Shown: one piece after another, positions 29,453 through 37,918 of the stretch | Numbering within the stretch: the first letter of the stretch is position 1 | How the letters are laid out: each line of letters starts with the position of its first letter | From: Candidatus Poribacteria bacterium | Lineage (GTDB): Bacteria > Poribacteria > WGA-4E > PCPOR2b | NCBI GenBank assembly: GCA_965116925.1 | Contig: OZ220744.1 | Coordinates: 5,984,001 to 6,048,000, forward strand | Direction of reading: 5' to 3' | DNA: 64,000 nucleotides | The notes under the pieces: generated by a model | Told to the model about the DNA's origin: nothing | Database searches by the model: none | Seen by the model: only the letters and a program-made list of their open reading frames with translations | Translations under genes and position numbers: made by a program

Positions 29453-29989
29453 GGTAGGTCTGCACTAAAGTGTGGAGTCGTGAAATCGGCACTCAGGCTT
29501 ATAAAATCGTTCATACAGCAACAAGACATTCATCAAAGAAATTCTCAATGAACACGGGGTTTGGAGGCGTATTACCGATGTATGACATTTTTGGGTGTAC
29601 CTCGGATTTGTCCCATAATTTCAGACATTTGATGCCTACCACACTTAACTGCGGTGCTACCAATATTTCTTACCAGACATTTTAAGCCCTTTTTTGGAAA
29701 ACCCCAAAAACAAGATCCAGTCATAGCGCGGATCTTGGTTGTCTCAATAAGCAAAAAATATGTCCCAATAACTTGTAGGGGAGAAGTCATGGGACTGCAT
29801 AAGGCTTTTATTTTTATTAAAACACGGTATGGCGTTGGGTTTCACTTTATCTATCCTGTAAAAAGGTGTTGGTAGAAAGCGTAGCTTCTATTGTGTTTGA
29901 TAGGGTTCTGCTTTAACCGTTCAACCCAACCTACCCGCTGTCAAATATCAACACGCCCTAACTCGGCATCTGGAAAGGAGGGTATCAAC

Positions 29990-31033
29990 ATGAAAGCCGC
30001 TCAACTGTATGCCTACGACAAAGAGATGAACGTCGATCTGAAAATTGAAACCGTACCTGAGCCAACGATCAGCAATCCTGAGGATGTGATTGTTCGTGTC
30101 GGTGCTGCAGGCTTATGCCGAACCGATCTACACATCATCGAAGGGGTATGGCGGGACGTGATGGATGCGGACGGCGCGTTGTTGCCTTACATCATGGGGC
30201 ATGAAAACGCAGGTTGGGTTGAGGAGGTTGGCGTTGGCGTGAAATCGGTAAAGCCGGGTGATGCCGTTATCTGCCATCCCTTGCGGTCGTGCGGAATCTG
30301 TACAGGCTGCCGCCGGGGCGAGGATATGTACTGCGAGAACAACGCATTTCCGGGGCTGAGCGACAACGGTGGCTTTGCCGAGTATTTCCTGACCAATGAG
30401 CGGGCGTTGATTAAACTTAACGAGAATGTGTTGCCGGTGAATGTGGCTCCCATGGCGGATGCCGGCATCACTGCCTACCGGGTAGCCAAGCGGGCGGCGA
30501 AGATCTTGAATCCGGGCAGTTATTGTGCGATCCTCGGTGTGGGTGGGTTGGGACACATTGCCCTCCAGTGTTTGCATGAGTTGTGCGGCACCCGTACCAT
30601 TGCGATTGACCGAAGTGAATCTGCCCGAAAATTGGCTAAAGACTTGGGGGCTCACCATGTGCTTGACGGCGGTCCCGATGTCGTTGAGGAGTTGAAAGAA
30701 CTCACCGGAGGCGGTGCCCACGCCGTCATTGATTTTGTGGGAGAGCTCGGCGCAGAGCAACTCTGCTGGCAGATGTTGCGTCAAGGTGGGACCCACTTCG
30801 TCGTCGGTTACGGCGGCACAATTGAGGTCCCCACCGTTCACATGATTATCAATGAAATCGCAATTGTCGGCAGCCTTGTTGGCAATTATACGGAATTGGT
30901 CGAATTGATGGAGCTGAACGCCGAAGGTCGCGTTAATATGCGTGCACAAGAGTACTCGCTGGACGACATTAACACGGCTATCACCGACTTCAAAAATCGT
31001 CAGATTGTGGGTCGGGGCGTTATTGTTCCCTAA
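29990..31033 (+). CDS. Zn-dependent NAD(P) alcohol dehydrogenase
   Basis: GLCRTD, GHENAG, CGICTGCRRGEDMYC and GVGGLG motifs; start at ATG 29990 after AAGGAGGG. Confidence 0.93.
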   Translation: MKAAQLYAYDKEMNVDLKIETVPEPTISNPEDVIVRVGAAGLCRTDLHIIEGVWRDVMDADGALLPYIMGHENAGWVEEVGVGVKSVKPGDAVICHPLRSCGICTGCRRGEDMYCENNAFPGLSDNGGFAEYFLTNERALIKLNENVLPVNVAPMADAGITAYRVAKRAAKILNPGSYCAILGVGGLGHIALQCLHELCGTRTIAIDRSESARKLAKDLGAHHVLDGGPDVVEELKELTGGGAHAVIDFVGELGAEQLCWQMLRQGGTHFVVGYGGTIEVPTVHMIINEIAIVGSLVGNYTELVELMELNAEGRVNMRAQEYSLDDINTAITDFKNRQIVGRGVIVP

Positions 31034-31059
31034 CCCCTAGTCACACACAAATTGATGAA

Positions 31060-31143
31060 GGCTCATGTAAAAAGAAAGCATGAAGAGAAACCGAGTTTTT
31101 TCTTCAAAACTCGGTTTCTTTGCACTAAATCTTAACATGAGCA
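31060..31143. mobile_element. MITE of the GGCTCATG family with internal AGAAACCGAG...CTCGGTTTCT hairpin
   Basis: Ends GGCTCATGTAA / TTAACATGAGCA; hairpin at 31086-31119; similar flanks ATTGATGAA / ATTGATAGAA. Confidence 0.7.
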
Positions 31144-31181
31144 ATTGATAGAAATCCAGCACGGCGTAAGTGGAGGGAAAA

Positions 31182-31943
31182 ATGTACGATGATGTGCGGC
31201 TATCGCTTCCTGATACTTTAGATCGAGAGGTCATCTTCAAGCGACTGGAGAGGGTACTTGATCCTGAACTTGACGAGTCCATCCTCAAACTTGGTTTCGT
31301 CAAGTCGGTTAAAGCCGAAAGCGATCATCTAACAATTGAACTGCACCTTCCCACATACTGGTGTGCACCCAACTTCTCCTACATGATGGCTGAGGATACC
31401 CGTCGTGAACTTCTAACGGTTGAGGGGATCCACGATGTCACGGTTCGGTTGACAGATCATTTTGCTGCGAAGACAATTGAAGCGGGTGTGAACGCTGGCA
31501 AATCCTTCTCGCAGGCTTTCCCAGATGAGGCATCTGAAGATCTGTGTCAACTCAGCGATCTTTTTCTTCGTAAAGGGTATATTAAGCGTCAAGAACGGCT
31601 GTTGCAGAACTTGAAAAATGCGGGTTTATCATTTGAGGAGATCGCTGCCCGACGTATTAGCGACCTCTATTGTGAGGACGAATCTTGTCGGATCCGGCGC
31701 AACGATGGTCGAATATGTGATGTTGGGGAGGCTGAAGTCGCTCGTCAATACTTCCAGCGTCGAGCGGAAATGGACCTTGACTGCTCGCCTACTGCGCCTC
31801 TGATAATCGATCTGCGTGGTAGAGAGGTCACTGCCGAACAGTTAGAGAAGTATCTGATACGCGCACGCACCGTGCGCGTCGCACTGCAAGCGAACGGGTC
31901 GTTCTGTGCTGCTGTGTTGACAGCACGGAAAGGTAAAAACTGA
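31182..31943 (+). CDS. DUF59/PaaD-like metal-sulfur cluster assembly protein
   Basis: VLDPELDESILKLGFV and LPTYWCAPNF motifs; start at ATG 31182 after GGAGGG. Confidence 0.85.
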   Translation: MYDDVRLSLPDTLDREVIFKRLERVLDPELDESILKLGFVKSVKAESDHLTIELHLPTYWCAPNFSYMMAEDTRRELLTVEGIHDVTVRLTDHFAAKTIEAGVNAGKSFSQAFPDEASEDLCQLSDLFLRKGYIKRQERLLQNLKNAGLSFEEIAARRISDLYCEDESCRIRRNDGRICDVGEAEVARQYFQRRAEMDLDCSPTAPLIIDLRGREVTAEQLEKYLIRARTVRVALQANGSFCAAVLTARKGKN

Positions 31944-31993
31944 GCCAACCTTTCAAAAGTGGTTCATAAAGAAAGAAAGTGTAAAGCGCGAAG

Positions 31994-32027
31994 AGAAACC
32001 GAGTTTTTTCTTGAAAACTCGGTTTCT
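31994..32027. repeat. AGAAACCGAG-loop-CTCGGTTTCT palindrome (MITE core)
   Basis: The same hairpin occurs at 31086, 34525, 39751, 52402, 56012, 60607 and 63495. Confidence 0.9.
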
Positions 32028-32071
32028 GTTTCAGAGTCATAAATACCGTTAAATATACGAGGAGCCTTACA

Positions 32072-33100
32072 ATGTATAAAGAAAATGGGCAAGAGATTTT
32101 TGTTGTTGACGGGCATATGCACTTTTGGGACGCCAACCCGGAAAACTGGCGCAATGAGTATGGCGAAGGTTGGATCCGCTGTTTCTACGATTTTCATACC
32201 GCCCTCAGCCCGGAAGAATATGTCTGGTCGTTTGAAAAGTATTGCAAATACGGTGAAGAGACGCTAGTTAACGATCTCTTTTCGGAGGGATACGTCGACG
32301 TTGCCATTCTCAACTCAACGTATCTGTACGAGTTTTATAAAAACGGATTTAATACCCACCAACAGAACAACGAGATCAAAGCGAAATATCCCGATCGTTT
32401 TATTCTCTGCGGTTCCTTCGATCCCAGAGCGGAGGAGGCCGGACTGGACGCGTTCCGGCAGATGGTAGAGGATTACCCGATTCAGGGACTCAAGCTCTAC
32501 ACCGCCGAATGGCGAAACGGCTCGAAAGGCTGGCGACTGAACGATCCGTGGGCTTACAAGTATTTTGAGCTCGCCGAGGAACTTGGGGTTAAAAATATCC
32601 ACGTTCACAAGGGACCGACGGTTTATCCTCTGAATCGTGACGCTTTTGATGTTGCTGATGTGGATTATGCCGCCACTGACTTTCCCAATCTCAACTTTAT
32701 CATTGAACATATTGGACTGCCACGGTTAGACGATTTCTGCTGGATCGCCACGCAGGAAAAGAACGTCTATGCCGGCATGTCGGTGGCAATGGCGTTCATC
32801 CACTCACGCCCGAAATATTTCGCCGAGATCGTTGCTAACCTGCTGTTTTGGTTAGGCGAGGATAAGATGATCTTTGGCAGCGACTATGCGATCTGGACGC
32901 CCAAGTGGTTGATTGAGAAGTTTATGGCACTTGAGTTGCCGGACGATATCAAAGAGGAATATGGGGTTGATCTTACACCAGAAGCCAAGCGCAAGGTCTT
33001 GGGTGAAAATGTCGCCGGTCTGTATGGGATTGACCTCTCCGCCCATCGCGAGAAACTGAGCCAAGATGAGATTGGCCTCAAACTTGCCGAGGGCGCATAA
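32072..33100 (+). CDS. Amidohydrolase-2 family metallo-hydrolase
   Basis: DGHMH, HVHKG, EHIGLP and FGSDY motifs. Confidence 0.9.
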   Translation: MYKENGQEIFVVDGHMHFWDANPENWRNEYGEGWIRCFYDFHTALSPEEYVWSFEKYCKYGEETLVNDLFSEGYVDVAILNSTYLYEFYKNGFNTHQQNNEIKAKYPDRFILCGSFDPRAEEAGLDAFRQMVEDYPIQGLKLYTAEWRNGSKGWRLNDPWAYKYFELAEELGVKNIHVHKGPTVYPLNRDAFDVADVDYAATDFPNLNFIIEHIGLPRLDDFCWIATQEKNVYAGMSVAMAFIHSRPKYFAEIVANLLFWLGEDKMIFGSDYAIWTPKWLIEKFMALELPDDIKEEYGVDLTPEAKRKVLGENVAGLYGIDLSAHREKLSQDEIGLKLAEGA

Positions 33101-33160
33101 AACAACACTGGAACTTGGAACCGTGCTATACCAACCCGATCATTACTGTGAGGGCTGCTC

Positions 33161-34270
33161 ATGATCGCTGCACATACTGATGTCGTTGGCAGCTTGCTCC
33201 GCCCATCTGAACTTCTCAGAGCGAGAAGTGAGGTTGCGACAGGCAAAATGACGCAAGCGGCGTTCAAAGCGATCGAAGATCAAGCGGTTGACGAAGCGGT
33301 TGCACTTCAGGAGGCGGTGGGCTTGGAGGTTGTGACCGATGGCGAGATGCGGCGGTTATCCTTCCAGAGCCAAATGACAGAAGCGGTCAGTGGTTTTGGA
33401 GAATATGATCTCGATGCGTTCCTCTGGGGTGATTGGCATGGTGACGAAGGTACGGGGAGTTTGAGCCTAGAACGCCCCAAAAGCTTGGGCGTTGTCGGCA
33501 AACTCACCCGCAAACGGCACCTCTCAACAGAGGAATTTATCTACCTGCGAGCGCGGACGAATCGTATACCGAAGATCACGTTGCCGAGTCCAAGCCTGTG
33601 GACAAACTTCTGGTCGCCAGAATACTCCACCCCCGCCTATCCCACGCTCGACAGTTTTCTTGCGGAGGTCGTTGACATTATGCGGGACGAGGTCGCTGAG
33701 TTAGTCCGGCTAGGTGCAACCTACATTCAACTTGATGCTCCCCATTATCCGTTGTTGCTCGATCCCAAAACGAGAACCTTCTACGAGGGACAAGGTTGGC
33801 GGCTTGATCAGTGGTTAGACCGGGGTATTGAGATGGATAACGCTGTGATTGGTGATTTTCCGGAGGTGACGTTCGGCTTTCATCTCTGACGCGGCAATCA
33901 GGGCAGCCGGTGGTTGGTCGAAGGGGGATACGATCTGATTGCCAAACCGATTTTTCGTGGCATCCGTGCCCAGCGTCTACTACTCGAGTACGACGATGAA
34001 CGCTCCGGTTCGTTTGAACCGTTGCAGGCGATTCCCGATGACAAGGTCGCTGTTTTAGGGTTGGTCACGACGAAAACGCCGCGCCGAGAAACGCCGGAAG
34101 TACTCACTGCGCGTATCAAGGAAGCCAGCCAATTTGTGCCGCTAGAACGGCTTGCCTTGAGCCCGCAGTGTGGTTTTGCTACTTCGGTCCTTGGCAATCG
34201 CATTACGGCAGAAGATCAGAGACGTAAATTGTCGGTGGTTGTTGAGACTGCTAGAACGGTGTGGGACTAA
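33161..34270 (+). CDS. Cobalamin-independent methionine synthase II (MetE C-terminal-like) family protein; candidate selenoprotein (Sec243)
   Basis: ORFs 33161-33889 and 33914-34270 share one frame. Read through TGA 33887-33889 the protein is 369 aa with VVGSLLRP, TDGEMRR, IQLDAP, FHL-U-RGN (family H-x-C-R-G-N), LEYD and SPQCGF. Confidence 0.85.
33890..33953 (+). promoter_or_regulatory. SECIS-like hairpin after the in-frame UGA of the MetE-like gene
   Basis: CAGCC-GGT-GGTTG stem-loop with a G-containing loop about 20 nt after UGA, enclosed by GGCAATCAG...CTGATTGCC. Confidence 0.6.
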
Positions 34271-34298
34271 ACTGAAAAATTTTTGAAGGAGGAGCGAC

Positions 34299-34505
34299 AT
34301 GGCACAAACGCCTAAAAACCATCAAACCCGAACCGAATCTATTGGCAAATGGACGGTTCGGATTAGATCTTACCAGCTCGGTGATGCGTATATCTGCACT
34401 GTGGACAATGTAAGCCCCGGTGCTGTCATCGCCCGGTCTACGGCTGCAACCCGTGCTGATGCGGAATCCGAGGCGTTGGAACAGGCGAAAGCCGCGATGG
34501 CATAA
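34299..34505 (+). CDS. Small hypothetical protein in the selenium cluster
   Basis: AAGGAGGAG RBS, ATG start, 68 aa containing YICTVDNVSPGAVIAR. Confidence 0.75.
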   Translation: MAQTPKNHQTRTESIGKWTVRIRSYQLGDAYICTVDNVSPGAVIARSTAATRADAESEALEQAKAAMA

Positions 34506-34597
34506 TTGTGTTATACGAGATTAAAGAAACCGAGTTTTTTCTTGAAAACTCGGTTTCTGATGTATTTGTAGAAGATACGAAAGTTGGGAGCGATAGA

Positions 34598-35659
34598 ATG
34601 AACCTGAATAAATTATCACGAAAACATACCCTCACAAGTCTGGCAAAAACATGTGGGTGAGCGGCGAAAGTCAGTCCAGTTGGACTGGGAGAACTGCTCG
34701 CCAAATTGCCGAAGAAAAACGACCCCAATCTGCTCGTTGGATTTGAAACTAGCGACGACGCGGGCATCTACCGTCTCAACGATGAGATGGCTTTAGTTAC
34801 GACCGCTGATTTCATCACGCCGCCGGTGGATGACCCGTATCTGTTCGGTCAAATTGCTGCCGCCAATTCAATCAGCGATATTTATGCGATGGGCGGAAAA
34901 CCTGTGACCTGTCTGAATTTGGTGGGTTTTCCAGCGGATAAATTGGATCCAGAAATCCTGCACGGAATTGTCGAAGGTGCGCTGAGTAAAATCACTGAAT
35001 CTGGCGCAGTCTTGGCGGGTGGCCATACGACCGATGATGAGGAACCGAAATTTGGGCTGTCGGTCACTGGAATTGTGCATCCGGACAACTATTGGCGGAA
35101 CGTCGGTGCAGAGCCGGGAGATGTCCTGATCTTGACAAAACCGATCGGCAGTGGCGTGATTTTTAACGCCAACCTGAAAAATTGGGTGTCAGACCAAGCG
35201 TTAGACGAATGTATAGGGGCTATCACGACGCTCAATAAGGGGGCGGCGGCGGTTATGGCTGGGTTTGACATCCATGCGGTGACGGACATCACCGGATTCG
35301 GATTGGGAGGTCATGCCTTGGAAATGGCAGAAGGGTCGGACGTGACTTTGGAGATTCGCACCGACGACGTGCCGATTATGCGTGAAGCACTGGAGATGTA
35401 TCAGAAAGGGATGCGGACCGGTGTCAACGCCGCCAATCGAGCGTTGATTGAAGAGTCCACACGTTTTGAAAAATCACTTCCTGCATGGCATGAGGAGATC
35501 TTTGTTGATCCGCAGACCAGCGGTGGACTGTTGATGTCTGTGCCAGCTGCTCAAAGCGAGTCACTGTTGGCGGCTTTACACAATGGTGGTGTGACAGAGG
35601 CACAGATTATCGGAGTTGTGAAGTCTTTTGTCAAACCGAACTATCTTGTTTTTGTATAA
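34598..35659 (+). CDS. selD: Selenophosphate synthetase, Sec-containing form
   Basis: From ATG 34598: MNLNKLSRKHTLTSLAKTCG-U(TGA 34658)-AAKVSP, in frame with the 34706 ORF; DDAGIY, DFITP, ANSISDIYAMGG, TDITGFG and DPQTSGGLL motifs. Confidence 0.95.
34671..34688 (+). promoter_or_regulatory. SECIS-like hairpin after the selD UGA
   Basis: TCAGTCC-AGTT-GGACTGG; loop 18-21 nt after UGA. Confidence 0.7.
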
Positions 35660-35662
35660 ACC

Positions 35663-36613
35663 ATGAAAATTTGCTTAATTACCCCTGCCCCAACATACTC
35701 CCGAAAAGGTAATCGTGTGACTGCCCTTCGGTGGGCCCGCATCTTACGAGAACTGGGACACCGTGTCGTTATTGCAGAGGAGTATCAGGGAGAGCGATGC
35801 GACGTGCTGGTCGCACTCCATGCCCGGCGCAGCCACGCCTCCATTGTGCATTTCCGCCATAAACACCCAGAGCTGCCCCTTATTCTTGCCTTGACTGGAA
35901 CAGATCTCTACGGCGATATCCATACGGATGCATCAGCCCAAGAATCTCTGGAGATGGCGGATCGCTTCATTCTATTACAGCCCGCAGGCATCGAAGAACT
36001 TTCAGAACGTCTGCGCCACAAAGCGTGGGTAATCTACCAATCGATAACAGCACCGCCGGGGCAATTTGTTCCAAAGAAGAGCGTTTTCGAGTTGTGTGTG
36101 TTGGGGCATCTGCGTCCTGTGAAGGACCCATTTCGTACTGCGATGGCTTCCCGACAACTGCCTCCATCATCCCGAATTCAGGTGGTACATGTTGGGGGGG
36201 CACTCACCGACGACATGAGAGTACAGGCAGACGCTGAAGTCGCCGCCAATCCACGTTACCGCTGGTTGGGAGAACTCCCGCGCTGGCGGGCGCTCCGTGT
36301 TCTCGCACGCAGTCGGGTTCTTGTGCTGACCTCGCAGATGGAGGGAGGGGCAAATGCAGTTTGCGAAGCGATTGCGTGTTCTGTCCCCGTCATCTCATCG
36401 CGGATATCTGGCTCGATCGGTCTTTTAGGGAGGGATTATCCGGGATACTTTCCGGTGGGAGATACACAGGCGTTGACGGACCTACTCACGCGCCTTGAGA
36501 TGGACACCGCATTTTATGATACACTCAAAGCGTGGTGTGAAGGATTAAAGCCGATTGTTGATCCTGACCGTGAACGTCAGAGCTGGAAACGTCTGCTACA
36601 GGATTTGCAATAG
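35663..36613 (+). CDS. senB: SenB-type (TIGR04348-like) selenosugar synthase glycosyltransferase
   Basis: GNRVTALRW, ALHARRS, LTGTDLY, GHLRPVKDPF, EGGAN and GLLGRDYPGYF motifs; 3 nt downstream of selD. Confidence 0.85.
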   Translation: MKICLITPAPTYSRKGNRVTALRWARILRELGHRVVIAEEYQGERCDVLVALHARRSHASIVHFRHKHPELPLILALTGTDLYGDIHTDASAQESLEMADRFILLQPAGIEELSERLRHKAWVIYQSITAPPGQFVPKKSVFELCVLGHLRPVKDPFRTAMASRQLPPSSRIQVVHVGGALTDDMRVQADAEVAANPRYRWLGELPRWRALRVLARSRVLVLTSQMEGGANAVCEAIACSVPVISSRISGSIGLLGRDYPGYFPVGDTQALTDLLTRLEMDTAFYDTLKAWCEGLKPIVDPDRERQSWKRLLQDLQ

Positions 36614-36638
36614 CAGTAAAAAGAAGGTGGAGGCAGCT

Positions 36639-37610
36639 ATGAAAAGGGTTGGAGTTGTAGGTGCCGGCGCGTGGGGGACTGCGCTTGCGATCACGGCGGC
36701 GCGGGCAGGTAGTGAAGTCACCCTATGGGCACGAGAGCCGGAGGTTGTGGCGTCTATCAACGGACGGCAAGAAAATGAGATGTTCCTGCCCGGTATCAAG
36801 CTGCCCGACACTGTCCATGCGGTCAACGATTTGGAGGCGATGTTGGCACAGGACGCGCTATTGATGGTGGCACCCGCCCAATATGTGGGGAGCACCTGTG
36901 AGGGTCTGGCTTCAGCCGGTTTAGATGCTTCTCTCCCTATAGTTATCTGCAGCAAGGGGATAGAACAGGACAGCTTGAAGCTAATGAGCGAAGTTGTGGC
37001 GGAGCATTTTTCCAATCCGCTGGCGGTACTGAGCGGACCCACCTTTGCAATTGAAGTGGCAAAGGGGCTGCCTGCTTCGGTTACGCTTGCATGTGGTGAT
37101 TCCGAACTTGGACAAAAACTAGCGCAGTTGGTAGTGCACCCAAAATTCAGTGTCCATCATTCCGACGATGTGATTGGTCCCCAGATCTGTGGTGCTATGA
37201 AAAACGTCATTGCCATCGCTTGCGGTATTGTTGAAGGCAAAGGACTCGGAGAAAGTGCGAAAGCGGCGTTGATCACCGAAGGATTGGCGGAGATAAGCCA
37301 ACTATGCGTTGCGAAGGGCGGCAAAACTGAAACAGCGATGGGGCTATGCGGTCTTGGCGACCTGATTCTGACCTGTAACAGTCACACCTCACGCAATATG
37401 TCTTTAGGCTATGCTTTAGGACAAGGAGAGACGTTAGCGGAGATTTTGAGCGATCGAGTGAGCGTTGCCGAAGGGGTTGCGTCGTCCAACGCTGTGGCAG
37501 GGTTGGCAGCCCAGGTGGGCATTCGGCTGCGGATCTGTGGGATCGTTGACCGGATTGTACGAGGCGATGCAGAGGGCGATCAGATGCTCTCGGCACTTGT
37601 TCAGGAATAA
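36639..37610 (+). CDS. gpsA: NAD(P)H-dependent glycerol-3-phosphate dehydrogenase
   Basis: GAGAWGTALA, CSKGIE, SGPTFA, KNVIAIA and GDLILTC...SRN motifs; ATG 36639 after GGAGG. Confidence 0.93.
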   Translation: MKRVGVVGAGAWGTALAITAARAGSEVTLWAREPEVVASINGRQENEMFLPGIKLPDTVHAVNDLEAMLAQDALLMVAPAQYVGSTCEGLASAGLDASLPIVICSKGIEQDSLKLMSEVVAEHFSNPLAVLSGPTFAIEVAKGLPASVTLACGDSELGQKLAQLVVHPKFSVHHSDDVIGPQICGAMKNVIAIACGIVEGKGLGESAKAALITEGLAEISQLCVAKGGKTETAMGLCGLGDLILTCNSHTSRNMSLGYALGQGETLAEILSDRVSVAEGVASSNAVAGLAAQVGIRLRICGIVDRIVRGDAEGDQMLSALVQE

Positions 37611-37614
37611 AAAG

Positions 37615-37917
37615 ATGCAAATACCCCAACCATTGACCCTTGACGAAATTCCCGAAGATGAGCAAGAAGCACTCCTGACAAAGGTTGCCACGGAGATCGT
37701 GAGACGGCGCCTGACCGTGCCTGCGATTTTATTCCTTGAAACTTGTAAACCCATTAACTTTATCGGTAGTCAAATGCTTATTGCACTTAACCCTTTTGTG
37801 ACTTCAATTTTTAATACCGCTGAATACCAGAAATTTGCCCTGATAATCGAAAAGGATGCAAATGTTGAATTACTGACTCAACTCATTGAAAAATTAGACG
37901 GAGAGGAGAAAAAGTAG
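37615..37917 (+). CDS. Conserved hypothetical protein
   Basis: ATG 37615 just after the gpsA stop; RRLTVPAILFLETCKP motif; 1 nt before the next gene. Confidence 0.7.
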   Translation: MQIPQPLTLDEIPEDEQEALLTKVATEIVRRRLTVPAILFLETCKPINFIGSQMLIALNPFVTSIFNTAEYQKFALIIEKDANVELLTQLIEKLDGEEKK

Positions 37918-37918
37918 T

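Noticed and set aside
25800..29460. Integron cassette array
   Set aside because: No RYYYAAC...GTTRRRY attC structures were recognised after the genes and no intI is present; the boundary motifs fit a dif-like layout better.
29418..29500. Hammerhead ribozyme suggested by CTGATGAG
   Set aside because: No suitably placed GAAA core with supporting stems could be found.
29470..29875. Small ORFs or an IS remnant upstream of the ADH
   Set aside because: No transposase motifs or convincing terminal repeats were identified.
33161..34270. MetE-like gene as a nonsense pseudogene or as two separate genes
   Set aside because: Disfavoured, not excluded: the single stop falls exactly on the conserved Cys, both halves are intact, and a SECIS-like hairpin and Sec-type selD are adjacent.
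33887..34660. Genome-wide UGA reassignment (Trp or Gly) as the explanation of the two in-frame TGAs
   Set aside because: TGA is the normal stop of complete genes here (lipA 17212, 31943, 39727, 51729), Trp is coded by TGG, and both read-through TGAs align with Cys positions.
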